Shown one piece after another: positions 39,340-47,112 of a stretch of DNA of 64,000 nt (its first letter is position 1; each line of letters begins with the position of its first letter). A program made the position numbers and the translations under genes. The stretch comes from an uncultured virus (IMG/VR IMGVR_UViG_3300021431_000009) (Duplodnaviria > Heunggongvirae > Uroviricota > Caudoviricetes): IMG/VR virus record IMGVR_UViG_3300021431_000009; one strand, 5' to 3'. Under the pieces are notes generated by a model. The model did not search any database. It had not been told where the DNA came from and saw nothing but the letters and a program-made list of their open reading frames with translations.

Positions 39340-39540
39340 ATGAAAAATGAAAGTTACAAACCAAAGCGAATCACTGAGGGCTACCAAATGAAGAAACATC
39401 TGCATGGTGGATTCCGTATTGTTGAGTATTGGCGGTTCAGTAATGAGAATAATGTTCGTAAGAGGTGTGTGGCAAAGCATTTGAACTTAAATGAAGCCGA
39501 AGACATGATGTATAAGTTGGAGGCGAAACTTAATAAATAA
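39340..39540 (+). CDS. Small hypothetical protein, possibly leaderless
   Basis: ATG only 4 nt after the -7 element. Confidence 0.5.
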   Translation: MKNESYKPKRITEGYQMKKHLHGGFRIVEYWRFSNENNVRKRCVAKHLNLNEAEDMMYKLEAKLNK

Positions 39541-39561
39541 CATTTTTAATTAAATCCCACA

Positions 39562-40776
39562 ATGGCTTATTACTTTTTTAAGACAATGGCCGATAAAGGC
39601 CGTAACAGACTCCGTGCATTGACGGGTCAGAAACTTGAGGATGGAACACCTGTAGATCCAACTCTTAATGTTCAGTCAGACAAGACTATCAGAACAATCT
39701 ATCCTCTTGGAACAATGTTCGTGTCGAACAAACTTGCTCAGGCATCGGGTTATTATGAGGCTGGACAAATTTATCCAGTTGGTTTACGCGATGATGAATA
39801 CAAGGACTCCGCACATCGACCTACTGAGGAAATGCGTCGTGCGTATGAAGTCTTTATTGGTGCAGTCGGTGATGATTTCCGTAGCGAAATTCCAGATGAG
39901 GATGAAGATAGTTCACGTTCCAGAACTTCCTTGTTGAGCAAGATGAAGACTAATGAGAAGTTGAATCCGCCAACTATTAAGGAACACGGTTTCTATGTAG
40001 AGCAGGACAATTGGTATCTTCTTCTGCGTAACATTCAGAATCAGGTAAACACCATGATGATTGGCCCAACGGGTACAGGTAAAACAGAGCTTATTCTTCT
40101 TGCTTGTAAGAAACTTGGAATTAAGTGCCATGTTTATGATATGGGTTCTATGTATGACCCGGTTGCAGGACTTCTCGGTGTTCATCGTCTCAGCAAGGGC
40201 GGTGTAAGTACCTTTGACTATGCAAAGTTTACTCAGGACATTCAGGAGCCTGGAGTAGTTCTTCTTGACGAGTTAAGCCGTGCGCCAGTCACCAGCTTGA
40301 ATATCTTATTCCCCTGCTTGGACTCAAGACGCTGCTTGCCAGTTGAAATTGCAGGCGGTGAGGATGTACGAAACATCAATATCCACCCCGACTGTACCTT
40401 TATTGCTACTGCAAACGTAGGTGCAGAGTACACAGGTACAATGTCAATGGATAGAGCACTTGTAGGACGTTTCTTCCCAGTTGAATTGGATTATATGCCT
40501 AATGCAGAAGAGAGAAAGGTGCTTGTAAAGCGTTGTGGTATTCCAGACTCTACTGCAAAACTTATTGTGGATGTGGCTACGAATGTTCGTTCTATGTACC
40601 GCAAGCAGGAGTTGAGCGCGTCTCTTTCTACTCGTGAGACTCTCATGGTTGGTGAATTGGTTGCGGATGGTTGGCCACTCCGTAGGGCTATGGAACTTGT
40701 ATTCTTACCTTTGTTTGAAGGTACGATGTCTGAGGGTGAGCGTGGTATTATTGCGAAATCATTAATGTCAAGATAA
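39562..40776 (+). CDS. MoxR/CbbQ-NirQ-NorQ family AAA+ ATPase
   Basis: GPTGTGKT, LLDELSRA, FIATAN, MDRALVGRF, LSTRE. Confidence 0.9.
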   Translation: MAYYFFKTMADKGRNRLRALTGQKLEDGTPVDPTLNVQSDKTIRTIYPLGTMFVSNKLAQASGYYEAGQIYPVGLRDDEYKDSAHRPTEEMRRAYEVFIGAVGDDFRSEIPDEDEDSSRSRTSLLSKMKTNEKLNPPTIKEHGFYVEQDNWYLLLRNIQNQVNTMMIGPTGTGKTELILLACKKLGIKCHVYDMGSMYDPVAGLLGVHRLSKGGVSTFDYAKFTQDIQEPGVVLLDELSRAPVTSLNILFPCLDSRRCLPVEIAGGEDVRNINIHPDCTFIATANVGAEYTGTMSMDRALVGRFFPVELDYMPNAEERKVLVKRCGIPDSTAKLIVDVATNVRSMYRKQELSASLSTRETLMVGELVADGWPLRRAMELVFLPLFEGTMSEGERGIIAKSLMSR

Positions 40777-40777
40777 T

Positions 40778-42727
40778 ATGCCAGTAAAGAAATTACGTGT
40801 CACTGATTCTTTGGTTGATTCTCTTATGGAGGATTGGCTTGAGAGAGACGGTGAAACTTTCGTTCATGTCCGTAAGACAGGCAGACTTGGCTGGGAAAAG
40901 GAACTTGAGGAGGGTGAGAGTTACTCTGCGTATATTCTTGAATCTCCGACACAAGAAGACCTTATCAAGCGTGCTTATAGTCTGGCAAAGGATATGATTG
41001 TGGTAATGGACCCACCTTTTAAGGTTATTATCAGAATCTCTAATAGCGGTACAGGTGGAACTGATGGACGTTTTGTTTATGTTAGTACAAGCGTATTCGA
41101 TGACCCCGAACTCTCCGTTGGTGAGAAGTTAGATACTTTCTTAGGAATAACAATCCATGAAGGATGTCATTTGCTTTACACGGATTTGTCTTGGTTAAAG
41201 CGAATAACCATTCCTATCGTAATGAATATATGGAATGTTATCGAGGATGAACGTATTGAGAGACTTTGCGGTGACTTGAAACCCGGACTTGCTAATTTCC
41301 TTGAGAAGTCGAAGTACTATGTGTTCGACCAATATTATCTTGACGTAGTTGTTCCAGCAGAAAAGGCCCGTGAGGAAGAAGAGAAGAAAATGATGGAAGC
41401 TGCTCTTGATGATGTTCCACCAGTAGAGGAACTTGAGGAGAAAGCTGAGGCTGAACTTGCAGAGAAAAAGAAACTCTCCACTCTTATGCGATTCCTCAAT
41501 TGCTTTATGAAGATTATTCGTTACCCGAAGTATCTTAAAGAGGAAGAGGTTGTTGAATTTGCAAAGTATCTTGTAGAGGTTAAGAAAGTTGTTCTTCCTT
41601 ATCCGACAACTACTGAACAGGCAGTGAAAGCTGCTTATAGGGTATTTGATATTGTTAAGGAACTCTATATTGATAAGGAGCGTGAAGAGGATGAAGATAA
41701 GGAAGAGAAGCGTTCTGATGAAGAAATTGAGGCAGAAGCAATGCGTAAATTGTCTGCTGATGCAAGTGATGCAGCAGGTAAGTTACGTAAGGTGAGTTCT
41801 TCTATGCCCTCGGAATCTGCTCCGTCAGGTGATGGCCGTTTATCTGATGATGATATGGCTGAGGCTGTAAAGGCAAAAGGCGGGCTGCTTGGTGAATTGT
41901 GTGAAGGCACAGTTGAACTTGGTGGTGGCAGAGATACATACTTTACATGGGCCAAAGATAACGAGAAAATTTATCGTGAATGTGCTGCAAGAGTAAGAAA
42001 GCACGTTCCTGCGATGTCTAAGATAATGAAAGGTCATTGTAGGGAATACAAACTTATTCATAGGTCAATGCGTAGCGGTGTTCTTGATACAAGCAAACTT
42101 GTTGAGGCGGTACAGGGTGTTCCGACGGTATATCTCCGTGAAGGTGAAGTCCATGCTGACAGGATAGCCGTATGTGTTCTTATTGATGAAAGTGGTTCAA
42201 TGGGTGGTTCACGTATAAATGCAGCTCGTGATACTGCGGTACTTATTAATGAGGCTATCGGGGATATGCCAAATGTGGAACTTTACATTTATGGTCATAC
42301 AGGTGATATAAGGGACTATCGTTCTACGGAAATGGTTATCTATCGTGAGAAAGGTTATTATCCGAGGTTTGCTCTTGGTAGCGTAACTGCAAAATGTGAG
42401 AACCGCGATGGTATTGCTATTATTGAAACTGCGAAGCGTGTACGTAATCAGACAAAGAATCCAGTTCTTATGTTCGTGTTATCTGATGGAGCACCAGCAG
42501 CAGGTGGCTATGGTGGCGCTACTGCAATGGACCATGTGAGACGGTGCGTGAATGATGCGGAGAAAATGGGCTTTTCTATTATTCAGGTCTGCATTAATCA
42601 TAGCTATGACCCTGCAAAGATGTTTAAGAACTACGTTATTCTTGAGGATATGAGTACACTCGCTTTTGAACTTAGCAAGAAAATTAAGAAGGCTGCAATG
42701 ACACTTGCAAAGGTTCATATTACATAG
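40778..42727 (+). CDS. vWA-domain partner protein (CobT/NorD-like) with N-terminal HExxH
   Basis: IHEGCHLLYT, NVIEDERIE, RSGVLD, LIDESGSM (MIDAS), VLSDGAP. Confidence 0.85.
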   Translation: MPVKKLRVTDSLVDSLMEDWLERDGETFVHVRKTGRLGWEKELEEGESYSAYILESPTQEDLIKRAYSLAKDMIVVMDPPFKVIIRISNSGTGGTDGRFVYVSTSVFDDPELSVGEKLDTFLGITIHEGCHLLYTDLSWLKRITIPIVMNIWNVIEDERIERLCGDLKPGLANFLEKSKYYVFDQYYLDVVVPAEKAREEEEKKMMEAALDDVPPVEELEEKAEAELAEKKKLSTLMRFLNCFMKIIRYPKYLKEEEVVEFAKYLVEVKKVVLPYPTTTEQAVKAAYRVFDIVKELYIDKEREEDEDKEEKRSDEEIEAEAMRKLSADASDAAGKLRKVSSSMPSESAPSGDGRLSDDDMAEAVKAKGGLLGELCEGTVELGGGRDTYFTWAKDNEKIYRECAARVRKHVPAMSKIMKGHCREYKLIHRSMRSGVLDTSKLVEAVQGVPTVYLREGEVHADRIAVCVLIDESGSMGGSRINAARDTAVLINEAIGDMPNVELYIYGHTGDIRDYRSTEMVIYREKGYYPRFALGSVTAKCENRDGIAIIETAKRVRNQTKNPVLMFVLSDGAPAAGGYGGATAMDHVRRCVNDAEKMGFSIIQVCINHSYDPAKMFKNYVILEDMSTLAFELSKKIKKAAMTLAKVHIT

Positions 42728-42730
42728 CGA

Positions 42731-42762
42731 TTTGGAAAATTCAAAAGAATATTGTATATTTA
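42731..42762 (+). promoter_or_regulatory. Bacteroidota-type promoter (TATATTTA variant)
   Basis: TTTG-N20-TATATTTA. Confidence 0.7.
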
Positions 42763-42765
42763 CAT

Positions 42766-42835
42766 TGCTTTATGAGAATCGTGATTAGTCGTGAGAGAAG
42801 TAAAGCATAGAGGGAGGTTGTGGGATTCCTCCCTC
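42766..42835 (+). ncRNA. Putative two-hairpin small RNA / tRNA leader
   Basis: TGCTTTA..TAAAGCA stem, then GAGGGAGG-(TTGTGGGATT)-CCTCCCTC; lies between a promoter and tRNA-Lys. Confidence 0.45.
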
Positions 42836-42840
42836 AAATT

Positions 42841-42913
42841 CTGAGAATAGCTCAGTTGGTAGAGCACTGCACTTTTAATGCAGGGGTCGAGGGTTCGAGT
42901 CCCTCTTCTTAGA
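42841..42913 (+). tRNA. tRNA-Lys(UUU)
   Basis: Cloverleaf: CTGAGAA/TTCTTAG acceptor, CTGCA-CTTTTAA-TGCAG, GAGGG-TTCGAGT-CCCTC; no encoded CCA. Confidence 0.95.
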
Positions 42914-42931
42914 CTAAAACTTTTAAATATT

Positions 42932-43807
42932 ATGACAGAACGTAGAGGTTTAGGAAGAATATTGAAAGGAATATCCGATAAGGAATCTGCCACAGAACGC
43001 AAATCAGTTGTTGCCGATATTGATAAGGCGTGTTCTGATGGATTAACCATGTCGGGTTTCTTTTCAATGAAGAACATCAAGTTTCAATTAAAGAATCTTC
43101 TCTATCTGATGGATGAAGACGAGGACTTCAATAGAGATATGTTCTTTGTGGAGTTCCAGAAACTTTATTCATTGGTAATGGCCCCAGACAAAAGAGCTGA
43201 GGGAGTATTTCATCCGTCACAGTTACTGCAAGGTTGCCCACGTCAGATGGCTTATGACATTAGTGGAACAGAACCATCTGATAGAACAAAGCGTAGAATT
43301 GGTGCTGCATTGCAGAGAACATTTGACGTTGGAACATGGTATCATATTTATGTGCAGAATCTTCTCTATCAGCTTGGTTTGCTTGAAGCTGCTGAGGTTC
43401 CAGTAGTGAATAAGGAGAAATACTTGAACGGAAAAGCTGATGGTGTCTTTAAGAAAGAGGTGTTTGGTGAAAAAGTTGTTCTTGAGATAAAGACAATGAA
43501 CTCCTGGAATTATGGAAAGGCAGTATTCAAACCCTTTAAGAAGCATGAATTTCAGGCATCCCTTTATGCACGAGAACTTGGTATAAAGAAAGTCCTATAC
43601 CTATATATTAATAAGGACACTTCTGAAATGAAGGATTTTCTTATGCCTACAAATGAGGAAGAACTTGCAGAAGCAGATAAGAAAATGAATAAGGTTATCG
43701 AATCGGTTAAGGAGGGAGAACTCCCACCAAGACCTTCTGCTTGTACTGACAGACTTTGTGATTTGGCAGTCGATTGTCCGTTTGCAACATTATGTTTTAA
43801 AAAATAA
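42932..43807 (+). CDS. Cas4-like PD-(D/E)xK exonuclease with Fe-S cysteines
   Basis: FHPSQL..CPR, GTWYH, GKADG, LEIKT, QASLY, C-terminal C..C..CPF..C; track start overlaps tRNA, real ATG 42932. Confidence 0.8.
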   Translation: MTERRGLGRILKGISDKESATERKSVVADIDKACSDGLTMSGFFSMKNIKFQLKNLLYLMDEDEDFNRDMFFVEFQKLYSLVMAPDKRAEGVFHPSQLLQGCPRQMAYDISGTEPSDRTKRRIGAALQRTFDVGTWYHIYVQNLLYQLGLLEAAEVPVVNKEKYLNGKADGVFKKEVFGEKVVLEIKTMNSWNYGKAVFKPFKKHEFQASLYARELGIKKVLYLYINKDTSEMKDFLMPTNEEELAEADKKMNKVIESVKEGELPPRPSACTDRLCDLAVDCPFATLCFKK

Positions 43808-43812
43808 ATCCC

Positions 43813-44181
43813 ATGAGTAGTTTAACAAGACAGGTCGGTGGTGACCACTACACGGGTATGAAATATCAGCCCGTTGCATTTGCATCTAAGATGCGCTACA
43901 ACTTTATCCAAGGTTCTATCTTGAAGTACGTTTCTCGCTATCCTCTTAAGAATGGTGTGGAAGACCTTGCCAAAGCAATGCACTTTTGCGAGCTGGGTGT
44001 TGATACCAAGCCAGTTAATTTTGCGTTGCCTACTGATGAAGAGGCACAGAAGTACGTAAAGAAGAACGGCTTTGATAAGGAAATGGAGGAACTTATCAGT
44101 GACATTACTAATCAATTTTGGATTGGTATTGCTGACAAGATTCTCAAAATCAAGGAGAGAGTGTATGGTACTAAAAAGTAA
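43813..44181 (+). CDS. DUF3310 (SaV-like) protein
   Basis: QVGGDHY, GSILKYVSRY..KNGVEDLAKA. Confidence 0.85.
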   Translation: MSSLTRQVGGDHYTGMKYQPVAFASKMRYNFIQGSILKYVSRYPLKNGVEDLAKAMHFCELGVDTKPVNFALPTDEEAQKYVKKNGFDKEMEELISDITNQFWIGIADKILKIKERVYGTKK

Positions 44182-44186
44182 AGACT

Positions 44187-44630
44187 ATGCCAACAAAGAA
44201 GATTACTGAAACAGACCCACTCGGACGTTTCAGAAAGATGTTTGATATGATTGAGAGACCGAAGGGTGGTCTCCCAACTATGCCAACGAAAGTTTCCAAC
44301 TTGGCTTCTGAGGAACTTGGCGACATGATGGCACGTTATACTTCATGGCGTGAATTTACTGAGGATTGTCATGCGGATGCTTGCGCTGTTTATGCTCAGG
44401 TGAAGAGTCAATATGATTTAGCTTCTGACAAGGCCCTTTTACAAACAGAGGGTGAGACAGTTACTGAGAAGAGGGCGGCGGTTAAGAATGACCCAGACGT
44501 TGCTGCCCTTTATAAAAAGCTCAATGAGGCTGAAATCTACGTGGACTTGCTTGGTAAGAAATTGGATTCATTTACAAACGTACTTACTATGCTTAGTAGG
44601 GAATTAACAAGAAGAGGAGTTGCACAATGA
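44187..44630 (+). CDS. Coiled-coil protein (UvsY-like possible)
   Basis: Helical; TVTEKRAAV...LSRELTRR; lies in the recombination region. Confidence 0.4.
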   Translation: MPTKKITETDPLGRFRKMFDMIERPKGGLPTMPTKVSNLASEELGDMMARYTSWREFTEDCHADACAVYAQVKSQYDLASDKALLQTEGETVTEKRAAVKNDPDVAALYKKLNEAEIYVDLLGKKLDSFTNVLTMLSRELTRRGVAQ

Positions 44631-45045
44631 ACGGAAAAATCACTAAAGAGGATTGGCAGGGTACTCTCCGTACAATGGACGAGCACAATCGAAATGATGG
44701 CTGGGTTGCTTTGATTGACGATGATTTTATCTTCTTCGATTCAGACCCCTGCATTGATGGGTATTCTGCGATGTATGTAACACGTAGTGATGTAGAACAA
44801 TACATTGCGGAGTATGATAAGACTGAGTAGCACTATTGCACCAAGGAATCCATGTGACTTTGCAGAGGGTTCCTTGGTTCGTAGCGTTTATAGTGGGTTG
44901 GTGTATGTAATTACCCAGCACTACAAGAATGGTATGTGTAATATGTACCAACCAGATTTTCGGAAGAACGAGAATTGGAACGCTTGTAATAATCAGCATT
45001 TCATTCCCGCAGATTACATTAGTCCTGCAATACAATCATTAGTTT

Positions 45046-45468
45046 ATGCCTAAGAAGAAACCAAAAAAGCAACAGAAGATACAACGTAAGAAAAAGGTTG
45101 CAAAGGTACTCCTGCGTAAAAACAACGTAGAGGTTAAGAAGCCTACAAGTAAAACTGCGTGGAAATCATTGGAGCGTAGAGTTGCTGATATGTTCGGTAC
45201 TAAGCGTGTTCCATTATCAGGCAGTAATAGTGGGCATAACACCAATAGCGATTCTTTGCACCCGAAACTTTACATTGAATGTAAGTTACGTCAGAAGATT
45301 GCTATATGGCAGTTATTTGAAGACACTGAACGTAAGGCTAAAGCGGAAGATAAGATTCCTATTGTTGCTATTAAACAGAAAGGAGCAAAAGGCGAATTAC
45401 TCGTTATTAGGCCACATGATTTGCAGAAAATTGCAGAAATTCAACGTGAAGGTGAAAAAACTAAGTAA
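45046..45468 (+). CDS. PD-(D/E)xK nuclease, Holliday-junction resolvase-like
   Basis: WKSLERRVA, RVPLSG, SD, YIECKLR. Confidence 0.75.
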   Translation: MPKKKPKKQQKIQRKKKVAKVLLRKNNVEVKKPTSKTAWKSLERRVADMFGTKRVPLSGSNSGHNTNSDSLHPKLYIECKLRQKIAIWQLFEDTERKAKAEDKIPIVAIKQKGAKGELLVIRPHDLQKIAEIQREGEKTK

Positions 45469-45472
45469 AATA

Positions 45473-45504
45473 TTTGGTGGAATAAAAATAACTACGTATA
45501 TTTG
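45473..45504 (+). promoter_or_regulatory. Bacteroidota-type promoter for tRNA cluster
   Basis: TTTG-N20-TATATTTG, 9 nt before the tRNA. Confidence 0.8.
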
Positions 45505-45513
45505 CAACCGATA

Positions 45514-45585
45514 AAGGGAATAGCTCAGGTACAGAGCGCAAGACGGTTAATCTTGAGGTCAATGGTGCAAGTCCATTTTCCCTTT
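45514..45585 (+). tRNA. tRNA-Asn(GUU), atypical
   Basis: AAGGGAA/TTCCCTT acceptor, CAAGA-CGGTTAA-TCTTG (G at position 33), T-loop TGCAAGT. Confidence 0.75.
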
Positions 45586-45592
45586 TTCATAT

Positions 45593-45665
45593 CGCGGAAT
45601 GGAGAAGTTGGTATCTCGCCACGCTCATAACGTGGAGTTCGGCAGTTCGAGCCTGTCTTCCGCAA
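45593..45665 (+). tRNA. tRNA-Met(CAU), initiator-like
   Basis: C1:A72 mismatch, A11-U24, CCACG-CTCATAA-CGTGG, GGCAG-TTCGAGC-CTGTC. Confidence 0.9.
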
Positions 45666-45668
45666 CTA

Positions 45669-45745
45669 AGGGAGAACGCGCAACAGTTATAAGACCAGAC
45701 ACGGATGGCATATACCTTACATAAGGTAAGTTCGCAAGCTCCCTA
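45669..45745 (+). ncRNA. Putative structured ncRNA after tRNA-Met
   Basis: AGGGAG...CTCCCT closing stem, GCG/CGC and AAC/GTT extensions, internal TACCTT..AAGGTA hairpin. Confidence 0.4.
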
Positions 45746-45801
45746 TCCTACATTCAAGGTTACTGCATTGAGCAGATTGATTTTATCTAACGTAGCAAAT
45801 T

Positions 45802-46089
45802 ATGGAAGTACAGAAAGAAGACACCTTAAAGGTACTCAGATGTAAATCATCTACCGATGCAAACAAGCTCGCTGGGAGTATTCACTCTACGTATGTAGAT
45901 AACCCAGATGCACAGATTATCATCCGCGTTATAGGGGCGGGGTCGTTAAATCAGGCAGTAAAAGCCGCAATTATCAGTAACAAGTTCTTCGCTAAGAAGG
46001 GATTAGTTGTTGTTTTGCAGCCGTCTTTCCAAGACACTTCCGAGTCGATGACTGCAATAGAACTAAAAGTTTTACTCCGAAAGCAGTAA
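45802..46089 (+). CDS. spoVS: SpoVS family (Alba-like) nucleic-acid-binding protein
   Basis: KLAGSI...IGAGSLNQAVKA...PSF...TAIELKV matches the SpoVS signature. Confidence 0.85.
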   Translation: MEVQKEDTLKVLRCKSSTDANKLAGSIHSTYVDNPDAQIIIRVIGAGSLNQAVKAAIISNKFFAKKGLVVVLQPSFQDTSESMTAIELKVLLRKQ

Positions 46090-46104
46090 AAAGTTGCTAA
46101 AAAA

Positions 46105-46136
46105 TTTGGAGGATTCGGAATAAGTTCGTATCTTTG
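46105..46136 (+). promoter_or_regulatory. Bacteroidota-type promoter (TATCTTTG class)
   Basis: TTTG-N20-TATCTTTG. Confidence 0.8.
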
Positions 46137-46213
46137 CACCCGTAGCGGTTATAACAGCTAATCGCTTAACAAAAGAATACTGCTGGGTCTCTAAACTATA
46201 GGAGGTTACAACT

Positions 46214-46306
46214 ATGGCAAAGAAAACTGCTGCTAAGAAGCCTGCTGCAAAGCGTGGTGGAGCAAAGAAGGGTGGCGCTAAGGCTGCTGCTTCTAGCAAG
46301 AGCTAA
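46214..46306 (+). CDS. 30-aa Lys/Ala-rich histone-H1-like micro-protein
   Basis: MAKKTAAKKPAAKRGGAKKGGAKAAASSKS*; own promoter, AGGAGG 8 nt upstream, hairpin downstream; below track size cut-off. Confidence 0.75.
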   Translation: MAKKTAAKKPAAKRGGAKKGGAKAAASSKS

Positions 46307-46330
46307 GTCACTGCAACCGCAGTATCGACT

Positions 46331-46368
46331 GAGGGAGTCCATCGAAGGTGGGTTCCCTCCATTTGTTT
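46331..46368 (+). terminator. Terminator-like hairpin before queC
   Basis: GAGGGAGTCCATC/GGTGGGTTCCCTC followed by CATTTGTTT. Confidence 0.65.
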
Positions 46369-46383
46369 AAAATAGATAAGAAT

Positions 46384-47112
46384 ATGGAAAGAAAAGTATT
46401 ATTATTCTCAGGAGGTTTTGATTCAATGTTACAAGAATGGCTGATAAAACCAGACGTTCTTCTTTACGTGGATATGAAAACTTCCTATTCAGAAAGAGAA
46501 CTCGAAGCACTTGACCGATTGCCCGACTCATACAAAAAGCGCCTTGTCATTAAGGAACTTCCACTTGGTGAGTACGAAAGAGATAACAAGTATCTTCCCT
46601 ATCGGAATCTAATTCTCGGCACAATTGCTATGGAGTATGGCCAACACGTTTATTTTGGCTTCAACTACATGGATGATGCTCCAGACAAGGATAGAATGTT
46701 CCTTGACAAGACCACAAGTTTGTTCAAACACCTTAATATGCACTGCATAGGCGATATGGGTTGGCGTTCTACCAACTTTAGCTTCAATGCACCTTTCATG
46801 CGCCTTACGAAAACTGAAATGGTTGCTGAGGCTCTAAAGAAAGGTATGCCGGTTGAACTTATCCAAAATATCCGCACTTGCTATGATGGATTATCGCACA
46901 AGGGATGCGGTGTTTGTTATGTGTGCTTGCATAAGGCAGTCGCCCTACTCAACAATGATATTTACAAGGAGGGTTTGTTCGATTCTCCTATTACTATAGA
47001 GAAACTTGAAGAAAGAATAAGGTATGCCCAAGAGAACCCCGGTTCCTACAAAAAGAAGTATATATTCGACCTCAAGAAAGCCATCGAGAAGTTACGACTC
47101 TTCCAAAAATAA
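46384..47112 (+). CDS. queC: QueC-like 7-cyano-7-deazaguanine synthase
   Basis: LLFSGGFDS PP-loop, YLPYRNL, TKTEMV, TCY...GCGVCYVC. Confidence 0.85.
   Translation: MERKVLLFSGGFDSMLQEWLIKPDVLLYVDMKTSYSERELEALDRLPDSYKKRLVIKELPLGEYERDNKYLPYRNLILGTIAMEYGQHVYFGFNYMDDAPDKDRMFLDKTTSLFKHLNMHCIGDMGWRSTNFSFNAPFMRLTKTEMVAEALKKGMPVELIQNIRTCYDGLSHKGCGVCYVCLHKAVALLNNDIYKEGLFDSPITIEKLEERIRYAQENPGSYKKKYIFDLKKAIEKLRLFQK

Noticed and set aside
42878..42931. ORF-track N-terminal extensions (also 32173, 26216, 46348, 55212, 61783)
   Set aside because: They overlap tRNA, promoter or terminator elements; downstream ATGs with A-rich leaders are more plausible
42932..43807. Cas4-like gene as evidence of a CRISPR system
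   Set aside because: No repeat-spacer array or other cas genes seen; solo Cas4-like nucleases are common in phage recombination modules
45666..45745. tRNA-associated HDV-like (theta) ribozyme
   Set aside because: Could not fit the nested P1/P2/P3 double pseudoknot by eye; kept only as an unassigned ncRNA
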